Positions 48,403 to 59,003 are shown, counted from the first letter of the stretch. The stretch is 64,000 nt of DNA from Minisyncoccota bacterium (GCA_041661795.1 JBAZTS010000003.1:3939-67938), one strand, 5' to 3'. The notes: generated by a model from the sequence alone, not told the origin. Translations and numbers: made by a program.

Positions 48403-49935
48403 ATGTCCAAAACGGTATCAAAAATATTTTCTGCCGAGTTGGAGGGAATAAATTCAAGGCCCATAGAAGTGGAGACCGACATTAATGTTGGTTTGGCTTC
48501 GTTTACGATTGTGGGATTGGCCGATAAAGCGGTTTCGGAGGCCAAAGAGAGAGTCTCTTCGGCAATAAAAAATTCAGGGTTAAAACCGCCAAATAAAGAA
48601 AATAGGAAAATCACAGTGAACTTAGCTCCAGCTGATGTAAAAAAGAACGGGTCTCAATATGATTTAGCTATTGCCTTGGGATATCTATTGTCGTCTGGAC
48701 AGATGAGACCGTTTGATTCTTCCAAAAAGATATTTATCGGTGAACTTTCCTTGGACGGAAAATTAAGAAGAGTGGTGGGAGTTTTAAATATAGTCGGAAT
48801 GGCCAAGGACATGGGATTTGAAGAAATTTTTATTCCTAAGGACAATTCTTATGAAGCATCTTTTATAAAGGGAATAAAAATTTATCCGGTAGAAAATCTC
48901 GTTCAAATTATTAGTCATCTTGAAGAAAAGAGTTTTATAGAATTAAGCAAAGAGAGCGAATTTGTCCCGTTGCGGTTTTTAGGTGTAGATATTTCCGAGA
49001 TAAAAGGTCAGGAAAATGCCAAGAGGGCCTTAATGATAGCCGCAGCCGGTGGACATAATATTTTTATGTCCGGGCCTCCTGGGGCTGGAAAAACAATGTT
49101 GGCTCAGTCGCTTGTTTCTGTGTTGCCTCAAATGTCTTTAGAAGAGGCGCTGGAAACAACTAAAATATATAGCGCCGCCGGACTTCTGGAGAAAGACTTA
49201 TTTATTGCTTCTCGACCGTTTCGTTCTCCACATCACAATGCTTCCATGGTGTCGGTAGTTGGCGGAGGACAAAATCCAAGGCCGGGAGAAGTAAGTTTGG
49301 CTCACCGGGGAGTTTTATTTCTTGATGAAATTCCGGAATTCCACAGAGATGTTTTAGAAGCCCTAAGACAACCACTTGAAGATGGTAAGGTGACCATCTC
49401 AAGATCAAGAGGCGTTTTAACTTTGCCTTGTAGGTTTATGATGGTAGCCGCCTCCAATCCTTGTCCTTGCGGATATTTTGGTGACGACAAAAAAGAGTGT
49501 CAGTGTAATCCCTATGAAATTGCCAGGTATCAGAAAAAACTATCAGGACCTCTTTTGGACAGAATTGATATTCATATCTGGGTGGGAAGATTAAATTCAG
49601 AGGATCTGAAAAATCCTATTAATCCCAACGAATCAGAGAGCATAAGAAAAAAAATTTTTGACGCCAGGAACATTCAAAAAGAAAGATTTAATAAATTAAA
49701 TTTGAAAATATTTGCTAACTCGGAACTTTCATCAAAACAAGTTGATAGTATTGTTAAGTTAGAACCGCAGGCAAAAATTTTGTTGGATAAAATGTTTGAT
49801 AAGGCCTACCTTTCGGCCAGGGGATATTTTAAAATCCTAAAAGTAGCTCAAACAATAGCTGACTTAGACGGCTTGGAAATTATTACTCCACAAATAATTT
49901 CAGAGGCGTTCTCATATAGAGCCAGGGTAAGTTAA
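48403..49935 (+). CDS. comM: YifB/ComM family Mg-chelatase-like AAA ATPase
   Basis: IVGL.D.AV.E..ERV, NLAPAD, GPPGAGKTM, PFRSPHH, SGPLLDRID. Confidence 0.95.
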   Translation: MSKTVSKIFSAELEGINSRPIEVETDINVGLASFTIVGLADKAVSEAKERVSSAIKNSGLKPPNKENRKITVNLAPADVKKNGSQYDLAIALGYLLSSGQMRPFDSSKKIFIGELSLDGKLRRVVGVLNIVGMAKDMGFEEIFIPKDNSYEASFIKGIKIYPVENLVQIISHLEEKSFIELSKESEFVPLRFLGVDISEIKGQENAKRALMIAAAGGHNIFMSGPPGAGKTMLAQSLVSVLPQMSLEEALETTKIYSAAGLLEKDLFIASRPFRSPHHNASMVSVVGGGQNPRPGEVSLAHRGVLFLDEIPEFHRDVLEALRQPLEDGKVTISRSRGVLTLPCRFMMVAASNPCPCGYFGDDKKECQCNPYEIARYQKKLSGPLLDRIDIHIWVGRLNSEDLKNPINPNESESIRKKIFDARNIQKERFNKLNLKIFANSELSSKQVDSIVKLEPQAKILLDKMFDKAYLSARGYFKILKVAQTIADLDGLEIITPQIISEAFSYRARVS

Positions 49936-50016
49936 GCGAGTACCGGGCACCGTATGCTGTATACCGCGCAAAAAAGTATTTTGCGTTATTTTTTTATTTG
50001 TTGTAATTTATTAGTC

Positions 50017-51804
50017 ATGACTGGCACGTTTGAAGACCTAAACGACAAACAAAAAGAAGCGGTTTTTTTTGGTGATGGCCCTCTCTTAATTGTAGCTGGA
50101 GCCGGATCGGGAAAAACAAAAACTCTGACTTCGCGCTTGGCCTATTTGATTTCGGAAAAAAAGATAAGTCCCGAGAGAATTGTGGCTATTACCTTTACCA
50201 ATAAGGCGGCGGGGGAAATGAAAGAAAGAGTAAGTAAAATACTGTCTTATAATAACAAAAGTCCAAAGGAGCCATTTGTGGGAACGTTCCATTCTTTTGG
50301 CGCCGGCATCTTAAGAAAAGACGGCAATGTTTTTGGAAGAAATAAATATTTTAGTATCTTTGACGGAGACGACAGTGGAAGATTGGTAAAAAATATAATA
50401 AAAAACATAAACTTAGAAAAAAAGCTTCCTTCTCCGCTGTTTTTTATAAAAGAGATTTCAAGAATAAAAAATGAACTATTAAATCCGGAAGATTATTTTT
50501 CAGGAAAAGACGGAGAGATAGTAAAAATGGTTTTTTATGAATATGAAAAGAAATTACAGGAAAACAACGCCTTTGATTTTGATGATTTAATAGAAAAAGT
50601 GGTTAGAATTTTTAAAACTAAACCCCAAATTCTTCTGGAATATCAAAAAAGGTATGACTACATATTGGTTGATGAATATCAGGATATAAACACATCTCAA
50701 TATTGGATGATTAAACTTCTAGTTGAGAGACACAACAACATCAATGTGGTTGGCGACGACTCACAATCCATTTACATGTTTAGATTCTCTGATTTTAGAA
50801 ACTTTCTTAATTTTGAAAGGGATTGGCCGGGAGCTAAAACCGTTTTTCTGGAACAAAATTATCGTTCCACAAAAAATATAATAGAATCATCATCGCGATT
50901 GATTGCCCACAATCTTTCTGGAAATAAGAAAGAACTTTGGACCAAAAATGACGAGGGGTCATTTGTCCAAGTCATAGAGCATGAAGACGAATTTGTTCAG
51001 GCCGATTTTATTGTTGATAAAACCAGGGATTTTTTAAAAAACAATATGAGTGTCGGGATACTTTTTAGGACCAATGCTCAAAGCCGAGCTTTAGAGCAGG
51101 TCTTTGTTGAATATGGAATTGACTACGATTTATTTGGGGCAGTTTCTTTTTACGAAAGAAAAGAAATAAAAGATATTTTAGCGGCTCTAAGATTGGTTTC
51201 CAATCCTTTGGACCAAATAAGTTTTGAGAGGATGGAAAAAAGTTTTGGTAAAAGAGCGGCGGCACAGATAAAAGAAAAGATTTTAGGTGCTTTAGGATTG
51301 AGCCCCTCAGAAACAATAGGACTTTTTATAGAATCGTCTGGACTATTTGAATTGATAAAAAAAGAGTATCCGAATTATCAGGAAAGATATGAAAACATAT
51401 CGGAATTAATTTATTTTGCTCAACAGTTTGATTCTCTGGAAAAATTCTTGGAAAAGATTTCCTTGGCTAGCCCCCTGGAAATGACAAATAAAAGAAGGAA
51501 GAAAAAAAACTATTCGGGAGCCAATTTAATGACGGTGCACCTTTCCAAGGGGCTTGAATTTGACGTGGTTTTTATTTCGGGAGTAAACGAAGGACTTTTG
51601 CCCCACCAGAGATCATTTTTTACATCCGATGAGCTGGAGGAAGAGAGGCGATTAATGTATGTAGCTATGACTAGAGCCAAAAAAGAACTGTTTATAAATT
51701 TTTACGGAGTTCCTTCAAGATTTTTATTTGAATTGCCTCCTGAAAAAACCGCTTTTTCCGGCGACCGTCCGTTAAACGAGGAAGAGAGATTTATAGAGTA
51801 TTAA
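50017..51804 (+). CDS. pcrA: UvrD/PcrA SF1 helicase
   Basis: AGAGSGKT, TFTNKAA, DEYQD, LEQNYRS, KGLEF, EERRL.YVA.TRA. Confidence 0.95.
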   Translation: MTGTFEDLNDKQKEAVFFGDGPLLIVAGAGSGKTKTLTSRLAYLISEKKISPERIVAITFTNKAAGEMKERVSKILSYNNKSPKEPFVGTFHSFGAGILRKDGNVFGRNKYFSIFDGDDSGRLVKNIIKNINLEKKLPSPLFFIKEISRIKNELLNPEDYFSGKDGEIVKMVFYEYEKKLQENNAFDFDDLIEKVVRIFKTKPQILLEYQKRYDYILVDEYQDINTSQYWMIKLLVERHNNINVVGDDSQSIYMFRFSDFRNFLNFERDWPGAKTVFLEQNYRSTKNIIESSSRLIAHNLSGNKKELWTKNDEGSFVQVIEHEDEFVQADFIVDKTRDFLKNNMSVGILFRTNAQSRALEQVFVEYGIDYDLFGAVSFYERKEIKDILAALRLVSNPLDQISFERMEKSFGKRAAAQIKEKILGALGLSPSETIGLFIESSGLFELIKKEYPNYQERYENISELIYFAQQFDSLEKFLEKISLASPLEMTNKRRKKKNYSGANLMTVHLSKGLEFDVVFISGVNEGLLPHQRSFFTSDELEEERRLMYVAMTRAKKELFINFYGVPSRFLFELPPEKTAFSGDRPLNEEERFIEY

Positions 51805-51807
51805 AGA

Positions 51808-52821
51808 TTATTTTTGTTTATTAATTTTAAAAATAATCAGTCCGGCTTTTCTCTTTTTTATTAAATCATATGCTTTTTGTCCGTTTTCCAGAGTCATTTT
51901 GTGAGTAATAAGCTTTTTTATGTCCGATTGAATTTGTTTAGTTATTTCCATCGCCCTTTTTAGATCTTTAAATGTATAAGCTAAACTTCCTAATATTTTT
52001 ATCTCTCTTGTTATTATTTTTGTGACTGGAATCGGCGCGTCTTTATCATAAACACCCACCAAAATCACAGTGCCGTCTTTTTTAAGAAAAGTGAAAGTCG
52101 ATTTTAAGGCTTTTTGTGATCCGCTAACTTCATAAATAACGTCAAAAAATTTAGACGCGAACTTGTTTTTCGGAAAGATTTTTGGATTTAATATTTTTTT
52201 TGCTAATTTAAGGCGATATCTTGACGGTTCAAAGAGGTATATATTTTTTACTCCAAATATTCTTTTTAGAATCACTCCAATAACAATACCCAGGGGTCCA
52301 CCTCCATATATTCCCACGCAATCATTTTTTTGTGGGACGTGTTTTCTAACGGCATGAATGGCGGTGGCCACCAAATCAGCCATAAAACAAGCAGTTTCCT
52401 CGTTTATTCCTCTTGGTATCTTTTTGGTAATTCTTTCCGGAAAAACAGCGTAATCAGAATGAGTTCCTTTTGCCCCCATGCCAAAAACTTTGAAATTTTT
52501 ACAAAGGTTTTCTTTTTCGTCGTTACACTTTTTGCATTTTCCGCAAAAAAAGAAGTCGTTTCCAAAAACTAAGTCACCAATAGAAAACTTTTTCACGCCA
52601 GCTCCTTTTTTTACTACAACTCCTGACCATGCATGACCCAGTGTTATTTTTTTATTATTATAAACCTTGCTTTTTAGAACTCCCGATATTATATGCAGAT
52701 CGGTTCCACATAGGGCGGAATTTATTATTTTTATAAGCAACTCGCCATTTTTAACGGATGGAATGGGTTGGCTCTCTATTTTAAATTTCTTTTCTAAAAA
52801 ACTGTATATTAAAGCTCTCAT
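51808..52821 (-). CDS. Zinc-binding medium-chain (MDR) alcohol/polyol dehydrogenase
   Basis: CGTDLH, GH(A), C..C..C.......C, G.G..G. Confidence 0.9.
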   Translation of the reverse strand: MRALIYSFLEKKFKIESQPIPSVKNGELLIKIINSALCGTDLHIISGVLKSKVYNNKKITLGHAWSGVVVKKGAGVKKFSIGDLVFGNDFFFCGKCKKCNDEKENLCKNFKVFGMGAKGTHSDYAVFPERITKKIPRGINEETACFMADLVATAIHAVRKHVPQKNDCVGIYGGGPLGIVIGVILKRIFGVKNIYLFEPSRYRLKLAKKILNPKIFPKNKFASKFFDVIYEVSGSQKALKSTFTFLKKDGTVILVGVYDKDAPIPVTKIITREIKILGSLAYTFKDLKRAMEITKQIQSDIKKLITHKMTLENGQKAYDLIKKRKAGLIIFKINKQK

Positions 52822-52822
52822 T

Positions 52823-52924
52823 TTAGAGATATTTATAAGTTAAAATATTGGCAATAATATTTTTTATAGCCATAGCTATTAAAAAAGATATTATCAAAAC
52901 ACCAATCAAATTATGTTTTTTCAT
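52823..52924 (-). CDS. Putative 33-aa hydrophobic peptide (not in ORF track)
   Basis: MKKHNLIGVLIISFLIAMAIKNIIANILTYKYL; ATGA overlap with the upstream stop, and its stop is 1 nt before the next ATG. Confidence 0.45.
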   Translation of the reverse strand: MKKHNLIGVLIISFLIAMAIKNIIANILTYKYL

Positions 52925-54537
52925 AATCTTATTATCTCGGTCAGCATTAAGAGTATTACAAAAATAATAAAAGAAAAATAAGTCATAAAAACGGGGAGCT
53001 CTTTATAATTTTCTTTGTTTGTGAAGTAAAAATAAAGAATTGCGCAAATTATAGACGGAATTATTAAAAGATAAAAATATTGATTGAAAATTAAAGGTAT
53101 TAATATAAAAGCCAGAGTTCCCATGGCTCCGATTATTTTTTTACCTCTCTCTAATCCGAAAATAACAGGCAATGTCCTTATGTTTTGGTTTTTATCTCCC
53201 TGATAATCTTTTATATCCTTAAAACCCACTCCTAAAGTAAATAAAACAAGAACAGACAGCGATAATTTAACCGGAAAATCGGAAATTAGATTACCGCTAA
53301 TCAATAAAAAACCCGCCATTATAGTTGTTAGATAAGCACAGGCGATAACAAACTGAGAAAGTATGGGATATTTTTTTAGATGGAAAAAGTCGGAAGAGTA
53401 TAGATATCCCAAAGAGGATTTTATTAATATCATAACAAAAAATGCGTATCCAACTATAAAACCATATAAGTACGATAATCCAAGAAATAATTTTGAGGTA
53501 AAATTATTCTCTTCCAAACTTAAAGTTTTAGAAGGAAGAGGACGATTGGTGTTGGAAATAATGTCTATTTTTTCATCCTTTCTGTCGTTATAACTAACTC
53601 CCCATCCCCAACAGAAAATATTACTAAGACATGCGGCCAGGATAAAAAATATTAATTCCCAATTTATGGACACGTATTGATCAACGTTTTTAATTCCCAG
53701 AATTATTCCTATAAACAACAGAATTGTCGTGTTTAAGGTCCTGGTGATTCTAAAATTTTTGATAACTGACCATGTTTTTTTCTTATCGTAAAGATAAAAT
53801 ATTATTCCGGCAAAAAGAGTGGACACAAATAGGTACAACAGAGACATGATGGTGTCGCCTCTTGATAAAATTCCAGACCCTTTTCCGAAAATAAGATTGA
53901 TAATATAAGGGAAATGTCCCATTAGAAACAATCCTAACTGGAGAAGTAAAAATGACCACAATAATTTTGTGACTGATTTGGTTTTGACGTAGGTATACAA
54001 AAGAAGAATAAAAATTAGTATAGCGATTTCTATCCTGATTCCGTAATTAATATAAACCTGTGATAAAGATGTGCTTTCTCCAAAAAACAAAATTCCATTC
54101 GGACCGTGGAGGATATAGTTGAAAAAATATTGGGACATTTCAATTAAATTGTTTGTTCCCGGTGGAATCTGCCGATATGTCATTAAGGTTTGATTTCCTC
54201 CTGTGGCCGCCAAATCAGCTAAAGGGGGGGTGATTATTATGGGAATTAAAAACAATACAAAAAGAATCGTTTTTTTAATGTGGTCTTTTGTAATTAAGTT
54301 TATTATTAAAATAAGCCCAAGAAATGAAGCTAAATAAAACGTGAATGAATGAAGGAAAAAGAACTCAAAGTTTTTTTGAGATAAAAAACTGCCTGATCCG
54401 CTGGAAATACCCTCTAGTATATTTCTTATAATAACAAACGAAGCAAATGTAGCTATCCAGCCCAAAGCAGATACGTATTTAGCTTCAATCACAGTTATTA
54501 CTTTCTCTATAAACGTAATCATTTTGTTCTGTTCCAC
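52921..54537 (-). CDS. UbiA-family prenyltransferase with an extra N-terminal membrane domain
   Basis: NDRKDEKID..N..RPLP and KDIKDYQGD...IRTLPV.FG motifs. Confidence 0.88.
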   Translation of the reverse strand: MEQNKMITFIEKVITVIEAKYVSALGWIATFASFVIIRNILEGISSGSGSFLSQKNFEFFFLHSFTFYLASFLGLILIINLITKDHIKKTILFVLFLIPIIITPPLADLAATGGNQTLMTYRQIPPGTNNLIEMSQYFFNYILHGPNGILFFGESTSLSQVYINYGIRIEIAILIFILLLYTYVKTKSVTKLLWSFLLLQLGLFLMGHFPYIINLIFGKGSGILSRGDTIMSLLYLFVSTLFAGIIFYLYDKKKTWSVIKNFRITRTLNTTILLFIGIILGIKNVDQYVSINWELIFFILAACLSNIFCWGWGVSYNDRKDEKIDIISNTNRPLPSKTLSLEENNFTSKLFLGLSYLYGFIVGYAFFVMILIKSSLGYLYSSDFFHLKKYPILSQFVIACAYLTTIMAGFLLISGNLISDFPVKLSLSVLVLFTLGVGFKDIKDYQGDKNQNIRTLPVIFGLERGKKIIGAMGTLAFILIPLIFNQYFYLLIIPSIICAILYFYFTNKENYKELPVFMTYFSFIIFVILLMLTEIIRL

Positions 54538-55628
54538 ATAAAGTAAGCCATTTCTTTAAAAAATAAAAGAGATTCTTTTTGTAGGGCTGGATTGGCTTTT
54601 TCTAAATGTTTTATTGCGATAGATATCTTCCGATCAGCCATTTTTTGACAATAATCAAATGAGCCGGACTCATCTAATATTTTTATAACTCGTTTCATTT
54701 CTTTTGGAGATGTTTTGGTGTTGCCCAATTCTTTTATTAAAAATCCTTTATCTCTTTTATTACAATTATTTAGAGCATAAACAATAGGCAATGTTTTTTT
54801 GCCTTTTTTTATATCTGATCCAATCATTCTTCCCTTCTTACCCCCAATGCCTAAATCTAAAAGGTCGTCTTTTATCTGAAAAATATCAGCTATTTCCTCG
54901 GTATATTTTAAAAGATGGGATTTTTGAGATCTCGTGGTATTTCCCAAAACACAACCCCACTCAATAGCGGTTTTTAAAAGCTGACCAGTTTTATACGAAA
55001 CCATCTTAAAATAATCTTCGTAACTAATAATCTTTTCTTGTTCTTGGTTTAAATCAATAGCTTGTCCGATATTGTCGTATAAAGAAACTTTCTCAAGAAG
55101 TTCTATTCCTTTTAAACGTCTATTTTCCGAAATATTTAATTTGGTAATTAATAACCCACTAAGAGTATGAAGAATTTTTCCGTTTATAAATCCGGCTATT
55201 ACTCCAAAACGAGAAGGTGCGTCATGATAAAGAATTTCCGGTGCCCTTTTTATTATTTTATATTGATGTTTGAAAAAGTTTTCAAGTATTACGTGATTAG
55301 TTGTAACCCCTCTCCTTTCCTTGTCTTCGTCATATATGTCATCGTGTATAAGAGTGTAATTATGGAATAATTCAAAAACCAAAGATGGCTCTATAATTTT
55401 TTTTTCTTCTTTTCCTCCAACGGCTTTATAAGCCATAATAGTTAAGATGGGACGGAGGCGTTTACCTTGTGAGAGGCAGGCGTTTTTTATAAGTTCGTAC
55501 TGTTTTTTTATAAAATGATTTTTACCTTCCGGATAATATTTTAAGTTCTTATTAAAATAAGAATTAAGCGCTCTATTTATTAGGCGTTGATATTTTGATA
55601 GAGTTTGTTCGAATAGAGACTTTCCCAT
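54519..55628 (-). CDS. Polyprenyl diphosphate synthase (IdsA/GGPP synthase-like)
   Basis: GKRLRP, LIHDDIYD...RRG, GQ..D, KT, FQIKDDLLD, GK.TL. Confidence 0.95.
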   Translation of the reverse strand: MGKSLFEQTLSKYQRLINRALNSYFNKNLKYYPEGKNHFIKKQYELIKNACLSQGKRLRPILTIMAYKAVGGKEEKKIIEPSLVFELFHNYTLIHDDIYDEDKERRGVTTNHVILENFFKHQYKIIKRAPEILYHDAPSRFGVIAGFINGKILHTLSGLLITKLNISENRRLKGIELLEKVSLYDNIGQAIDLNQEQEKIISYEDYFKMVSYKTGQLLKTAIEWGCVLGNTTRSQKSHLLKYTEEIADIFQIKDDLLDLGIGGKKGRMIGSDIKKGKKTLPIVYALNNCNKRDKGFLIKELGNTKTSPKEMKRVIKILDESGSFDYCQKMADRKISIAIKHLEKANPALQKESLLFFKEMAYFMWNRTK

Positions 55629-55661
55629 TATTATTAATTATACCACTTTTAATCCAATTTT

Positions 55662-56495
55662 ATGAGACAAAAATTAGGACAGCATTTTTTAAAGAATAAA
55701 GAAGTTTTGGAAAACATTGCCGACTCTCTTGAATTAAAAAAAGGCGACGTTGTTATAGAAATAGGTCCGGGGCACGGGGAATTAACGCAATATTTGCTTA
55801 ATGCTGGCGTTACTATTATTGCCATAGAGAAAGATGAGAGTATGGTGGAATATTTATGTAATAAATTCGAAGCACGAAGCACAAAACTCGAAACAAGCAC
55901 AAAATCCAAAATTCAAAACAATGAGTTAAATTTAATTAATGGGGACGCCCTCAAAATACTCCCTGTTTTGAATACGGTATACGACATACGGCATACGAAA
56001 TACAAAATTGTTGGCAATATTCCCTACTACATAACTGGGCATCTGTTAAGAATTATTAGCGAGTTAAAAAACAAACCCAAATTAACTGTTTTACTTATAC
56101 AAAAAGAAGTGGCGCAAAGAATTTGCGCAAAATCTCCACAAATGAATTTATTATCTGCTAGTGTGCAATTTTGGGCGGAACCCAAAATAATACAAAATGT
56201 GACTAGGGGAAATTTTAATCCTCCTCCAGACGTTGATTCGGCTATTGTTTTGTTAAAAACAAAATCACTGATTAACACGGATAAAAATAACACACGGATT
56301 GATACAGATATATACTATGGTTTTATAAGAAAAATTTTTAAGCAACCCAGAAAAACGGTTTTGAATAATTTAATTAGTGGTGGATATAAGAAAGATGAGG
56401 TTTTGGGGTGGTTTAAAAATAACAAAATAAAGGAGAATTGCCGACCGCAGGATTTTGATGTGAATATGCTGATAAAAATGGCTTTAGAGCTTTAA
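55662..56495 (+). CDS. rsmA: 16S rRNA dimethyltransferase RsmA/KsgA with three repeat-derived inserts
   Basis: LGQHFL, EIGPG.G.LT, GNIPYYIT, QKEVA.R, F.PPP.VDSA, F.QPRK. Confidence 0.96.
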   Translation: MRQKLGQHFLKNKEVLENIADSLELKKGDVVIEIGPGHGELTQYLLNAGVTIIAIEKDESMVEYLCNKFEARSTKLETSTKSKIQNNELNLINGDALKILPVLNTVYDIRHTKYKIVGNIPYYITGHLLRIISELKNKPKLTVLLIQKEVAQRICAKSPQMNLLSASVQFWAEPKIIQNVTRGNFNPPPDVDSAIVLLKTKSLINTDKNNTRIDTDIYYGFIRKIFKQPRKTVLNNLISGGYKKDEVLGWFKNNKIKENCRPQDFDVNMLIKMALEL

Positions 56496-56576
56496 TTTTG
56501 AATATAGTGTTGTATAATAAACAAGCGATGCCGAAGGGGAATTACCAGTCCCTCAATTTGCTTTAGAAAACACAAA

Positions 56577-57407
56577 ATGCAAACTTTAAACTTTAAAAAT
56601 CCGTTTGTTATTTTTGGAATTATTGTGATTATCTTTGTTGGTTATTGGATACTCGGAGGATTAACTCCAGATAAAATTATAAATCTTTCTAAAGATAGTG
56701 CTGACGTAGTTAAAAGTAATAATTCTCAACAATTGGGAGATTTGAGCTGGGTAGAAAATCCAAACGATGTCGCAAAAGATTTGTCTCAGACGTCGCTGGA
56801 AAATTTAACCAGCAAACTATCAGAAAACATATCTTCGGAATTTCTGTCTCAAGTAGATTTTTCTCAAGCATCATCTTCTCCTAAGAACTTAATAGATCAA
56901 TTAAACGGAGCAGATTTGAATGATCCTAAAACACTTTCTTTTTTAAAAAATAACCCACTTGGGTTTTTATATAGCATACCCGACAAGAGTATTAAAATTT
57001 CTTCTGATAACTCATCTCAAAAAGCAGTTGAATACATTTTTAGTTATACAAGCATCATGTCTGAAGTTGCTGGTCAAAAATCACAAGACCCGCAAGACCT
57101 TCTGGAAGAAATTACCTCTGTTATTGAAAGCCAGGACCAAGGAGAAATGTCTCAAATGGCGTTTAATTTAAATAAGGGATTTGATAGAATAATACAATTA
57201 GAAGTTCCTTCGGGTTTAGTTGAATTACATAAACAAAACTTAATGATATTCAAAAATTCAGCGATTGTTTTTGGGGCGTTGGCTTATAAGGATAACGACC
57301 CGTTAAAGGCGTATCTTGCGGCCATGAATGGTTCTGACCTTATTATAAAAGAAACCGACAAAGCCGATTTATTATTTAAGGAGGCATCTAAAAAATATTC
57401 CTTATAA
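56577..57407 (+). CDS. Hypothetical membrane-anchored protein
   Basis: N-terminal TM, L.VP......H..L; first gene of the T4SS-like cluster. Confidence 0.7.
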   Translation: MQTLNFKNPFVIFGIIVIIFVGYWILGGLTPDKIINLSKDSADVVKSNNSQQLGDLSWVENPNDVAKDLSQTSLENLTSKLSENISSEFLSQVDFSQASSSPKNLIDQLNGADLNDPKTLSFLKNNPLGFLYSIPDKSIKISSDNSSQKAVEYIFSYTSIMSEVAGQKSQDPQDLLEEITSVIESQDQGEMSQMAFNLNKGFDRIIQLEVPSGLVELHKQNLMIFKNSAIVFGALAYKDNDPLKAYLAAMNGSDLIIKETDKADLLFKEASKKYSL

Positions 57408-57413
57408 AAATTT

Positions 57414-59003
57414 ATGGTAAGCGTTTTTAAAAAAATATTGATAGTGGTAGTGCTTTTTTCTTTTGTTTTAAATGCCTCTGGGGTTGCTTCGTTTTTTACG
57501 GTCAAAAAAGCGCAAGCGGCTTGGCCTGTCAGCGAACTGCTCTCTCTGCCGACTTTTATTCAGATAATGAAAGACCTTGCGCAATGGATTAAAACTGAAT
57601 TGCTAAAAGCCCTAAGAGACGCCGTTGTTAAATCTATTATAGCCAAAATACAAAATGATATAATCCAACAAGTAACTGGTGGTAATGGAGGGGATAGCAG
57701 TTTTGTCTCTGATTGGGGCTCTTACCTAAAGGATGATATTATTAATTCTACTTTTAGTGAGTTTAACGATATTTTAGCCAATGATACTGGAATTGATTTG
57801 TGCGTTCCTTTTGCTCAGCAGTTCTTGTCGTTGCGGTTAAATGCTTTAACTGCCAGTTATGGAGTTGGTCAGGACTATCTTGGTCTTCCGGTTAGATGTA
57901 CTTTTGACCAATTTAAATACAATTTGGAATATACTTATGATTTTATAACAAAAGGAGGATGGGCTTCTTATGACGCCCTCTTCTCTCCAGATATTAATCC
58001 CTATTGGATATCTTGGCAGGTTGAAGATAAATTCGCTCAACGTGTTGCTGAACAAAAAGATGCAAAAAAATCTGAGGCCGAAAGCTCGGGAGGATTTTTA
58101 GGAACAAAAGAGTGTAAGATGTATGGTCCTAAAACAGAACAACAAATAAGAGATGAGTGTACCGATGACGTTATAAATGGAACCGCACAAGGAGAAGCCG
58201 GAGAAGCTTTTAAAAGTTGTTTGGGGTATCTTACTCAACAAAACTGTAAAGAGTGGGGGATTCTTACTCCGGGACAAGCAGTTTCGGAAGCTGTAACAAA
58301 AGCGATTGGTTCTGATTTTGAATATGCAGAAAACGTTCAAAGTGCCATATCGGCTATAATAAATGTTTTAGTGTCAAAAGCTCTAAGTGAAGGACTTCAA
58401 AGTGCTTCAGGAGGAACAACCGTTAATAGAGAACCCGGAGATTTAGATGGTACAGGATTTGAGGATTATGAAGGCGAAACATACAGGCAAGACCTGGAAG
58501 ATGCTAACAGGGATTATGATGACATAATTTATTATATTACTAACGACCTAGGGCCGATTGTTTCTACGGTTTTAGCTTTTGCGCACGACATGGCCGGAGA
58601 CGGAACGGATTTGGAAAGTTGTCCGAATAGTAGAATAAGTGTTGATGATGGAAGCGGAACAAAAAAAATATATACCGCGGCAGAAATTATTGATTTGCTA
58701 AATGGATTTGATTTGAATAATTCCAGCTCAGCTACTTCGCGAGCCCTGACTCAAGCCAGAGCCAATCAAATTGAAGTTTCGAATTTATTAGACCAAGACA
58801 ATCCGAGTAGTAATGACGTTAATAAGGTGGTTAATAAGTTGTCTAATTTTGTCAGGACATATCAGCCATTTTACATTGACGTTCAGCTGGTTAATAGTGG
58901 TGGTGACGGAGAATTAGTAACTCTGGTTTGGAATATTTACAACGCTCTAAGGGCGTTTAACAACGAAGACGGTAATGATAAGAATAATTTTGTCTGTAGA
59001 TAA
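57414..59003 (+). CDS. Secreted Cys-containing protein of the T4SS-like cluster
   Basis: Signal peptide ending AQA, GGW..Y, GFL..KEC, TPG motifs. Confidence 0.65.
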   Translation: MVSVFKKILIVVVLFSFVLNASGVASFFTVKKAQAAWPVSELLSLPTFIQIMKDLAQWIKTELLKALRDAVVKSIIAKIQNDIIQQVTGGNGGDSSFVSDWGSYLKDDIINSTFSEFNDILANDTGIDLCVPFAQQFLSLRLNALTASYGVGQDYLGLPVRCTFDQFKYNLEYTYDFITKGGWASYDALFSPDINPYWISWQVEDKFAQRVAEQKDAKKSEAESSGGFLGTKECKMYGPKTEQQIRDECTDDVINGTAQGEAGEAFKSCLGYLTQQNCKEWGILTPGQAVSEAVTKAIGSDFEYAENVQSAISAIINVLVSKALSEGLQSASGGTTVNREPGDLDGTGFEDYEGETYRQDLEDANRDYDDIIYYITNDLGPIVSTVLAFAHDMAGDGTDLESCPNSRISVDDGSGTKKIYTAAEIIDLLNGFDLNNSSSATSRALTQARANQIEVSNLLDQDNPSSNDVNKVVNKLSNFVRTYQPFYIDVQLVNSGGDGELVTLVWNIYNALRAFNNEDGNDKNNFVCR

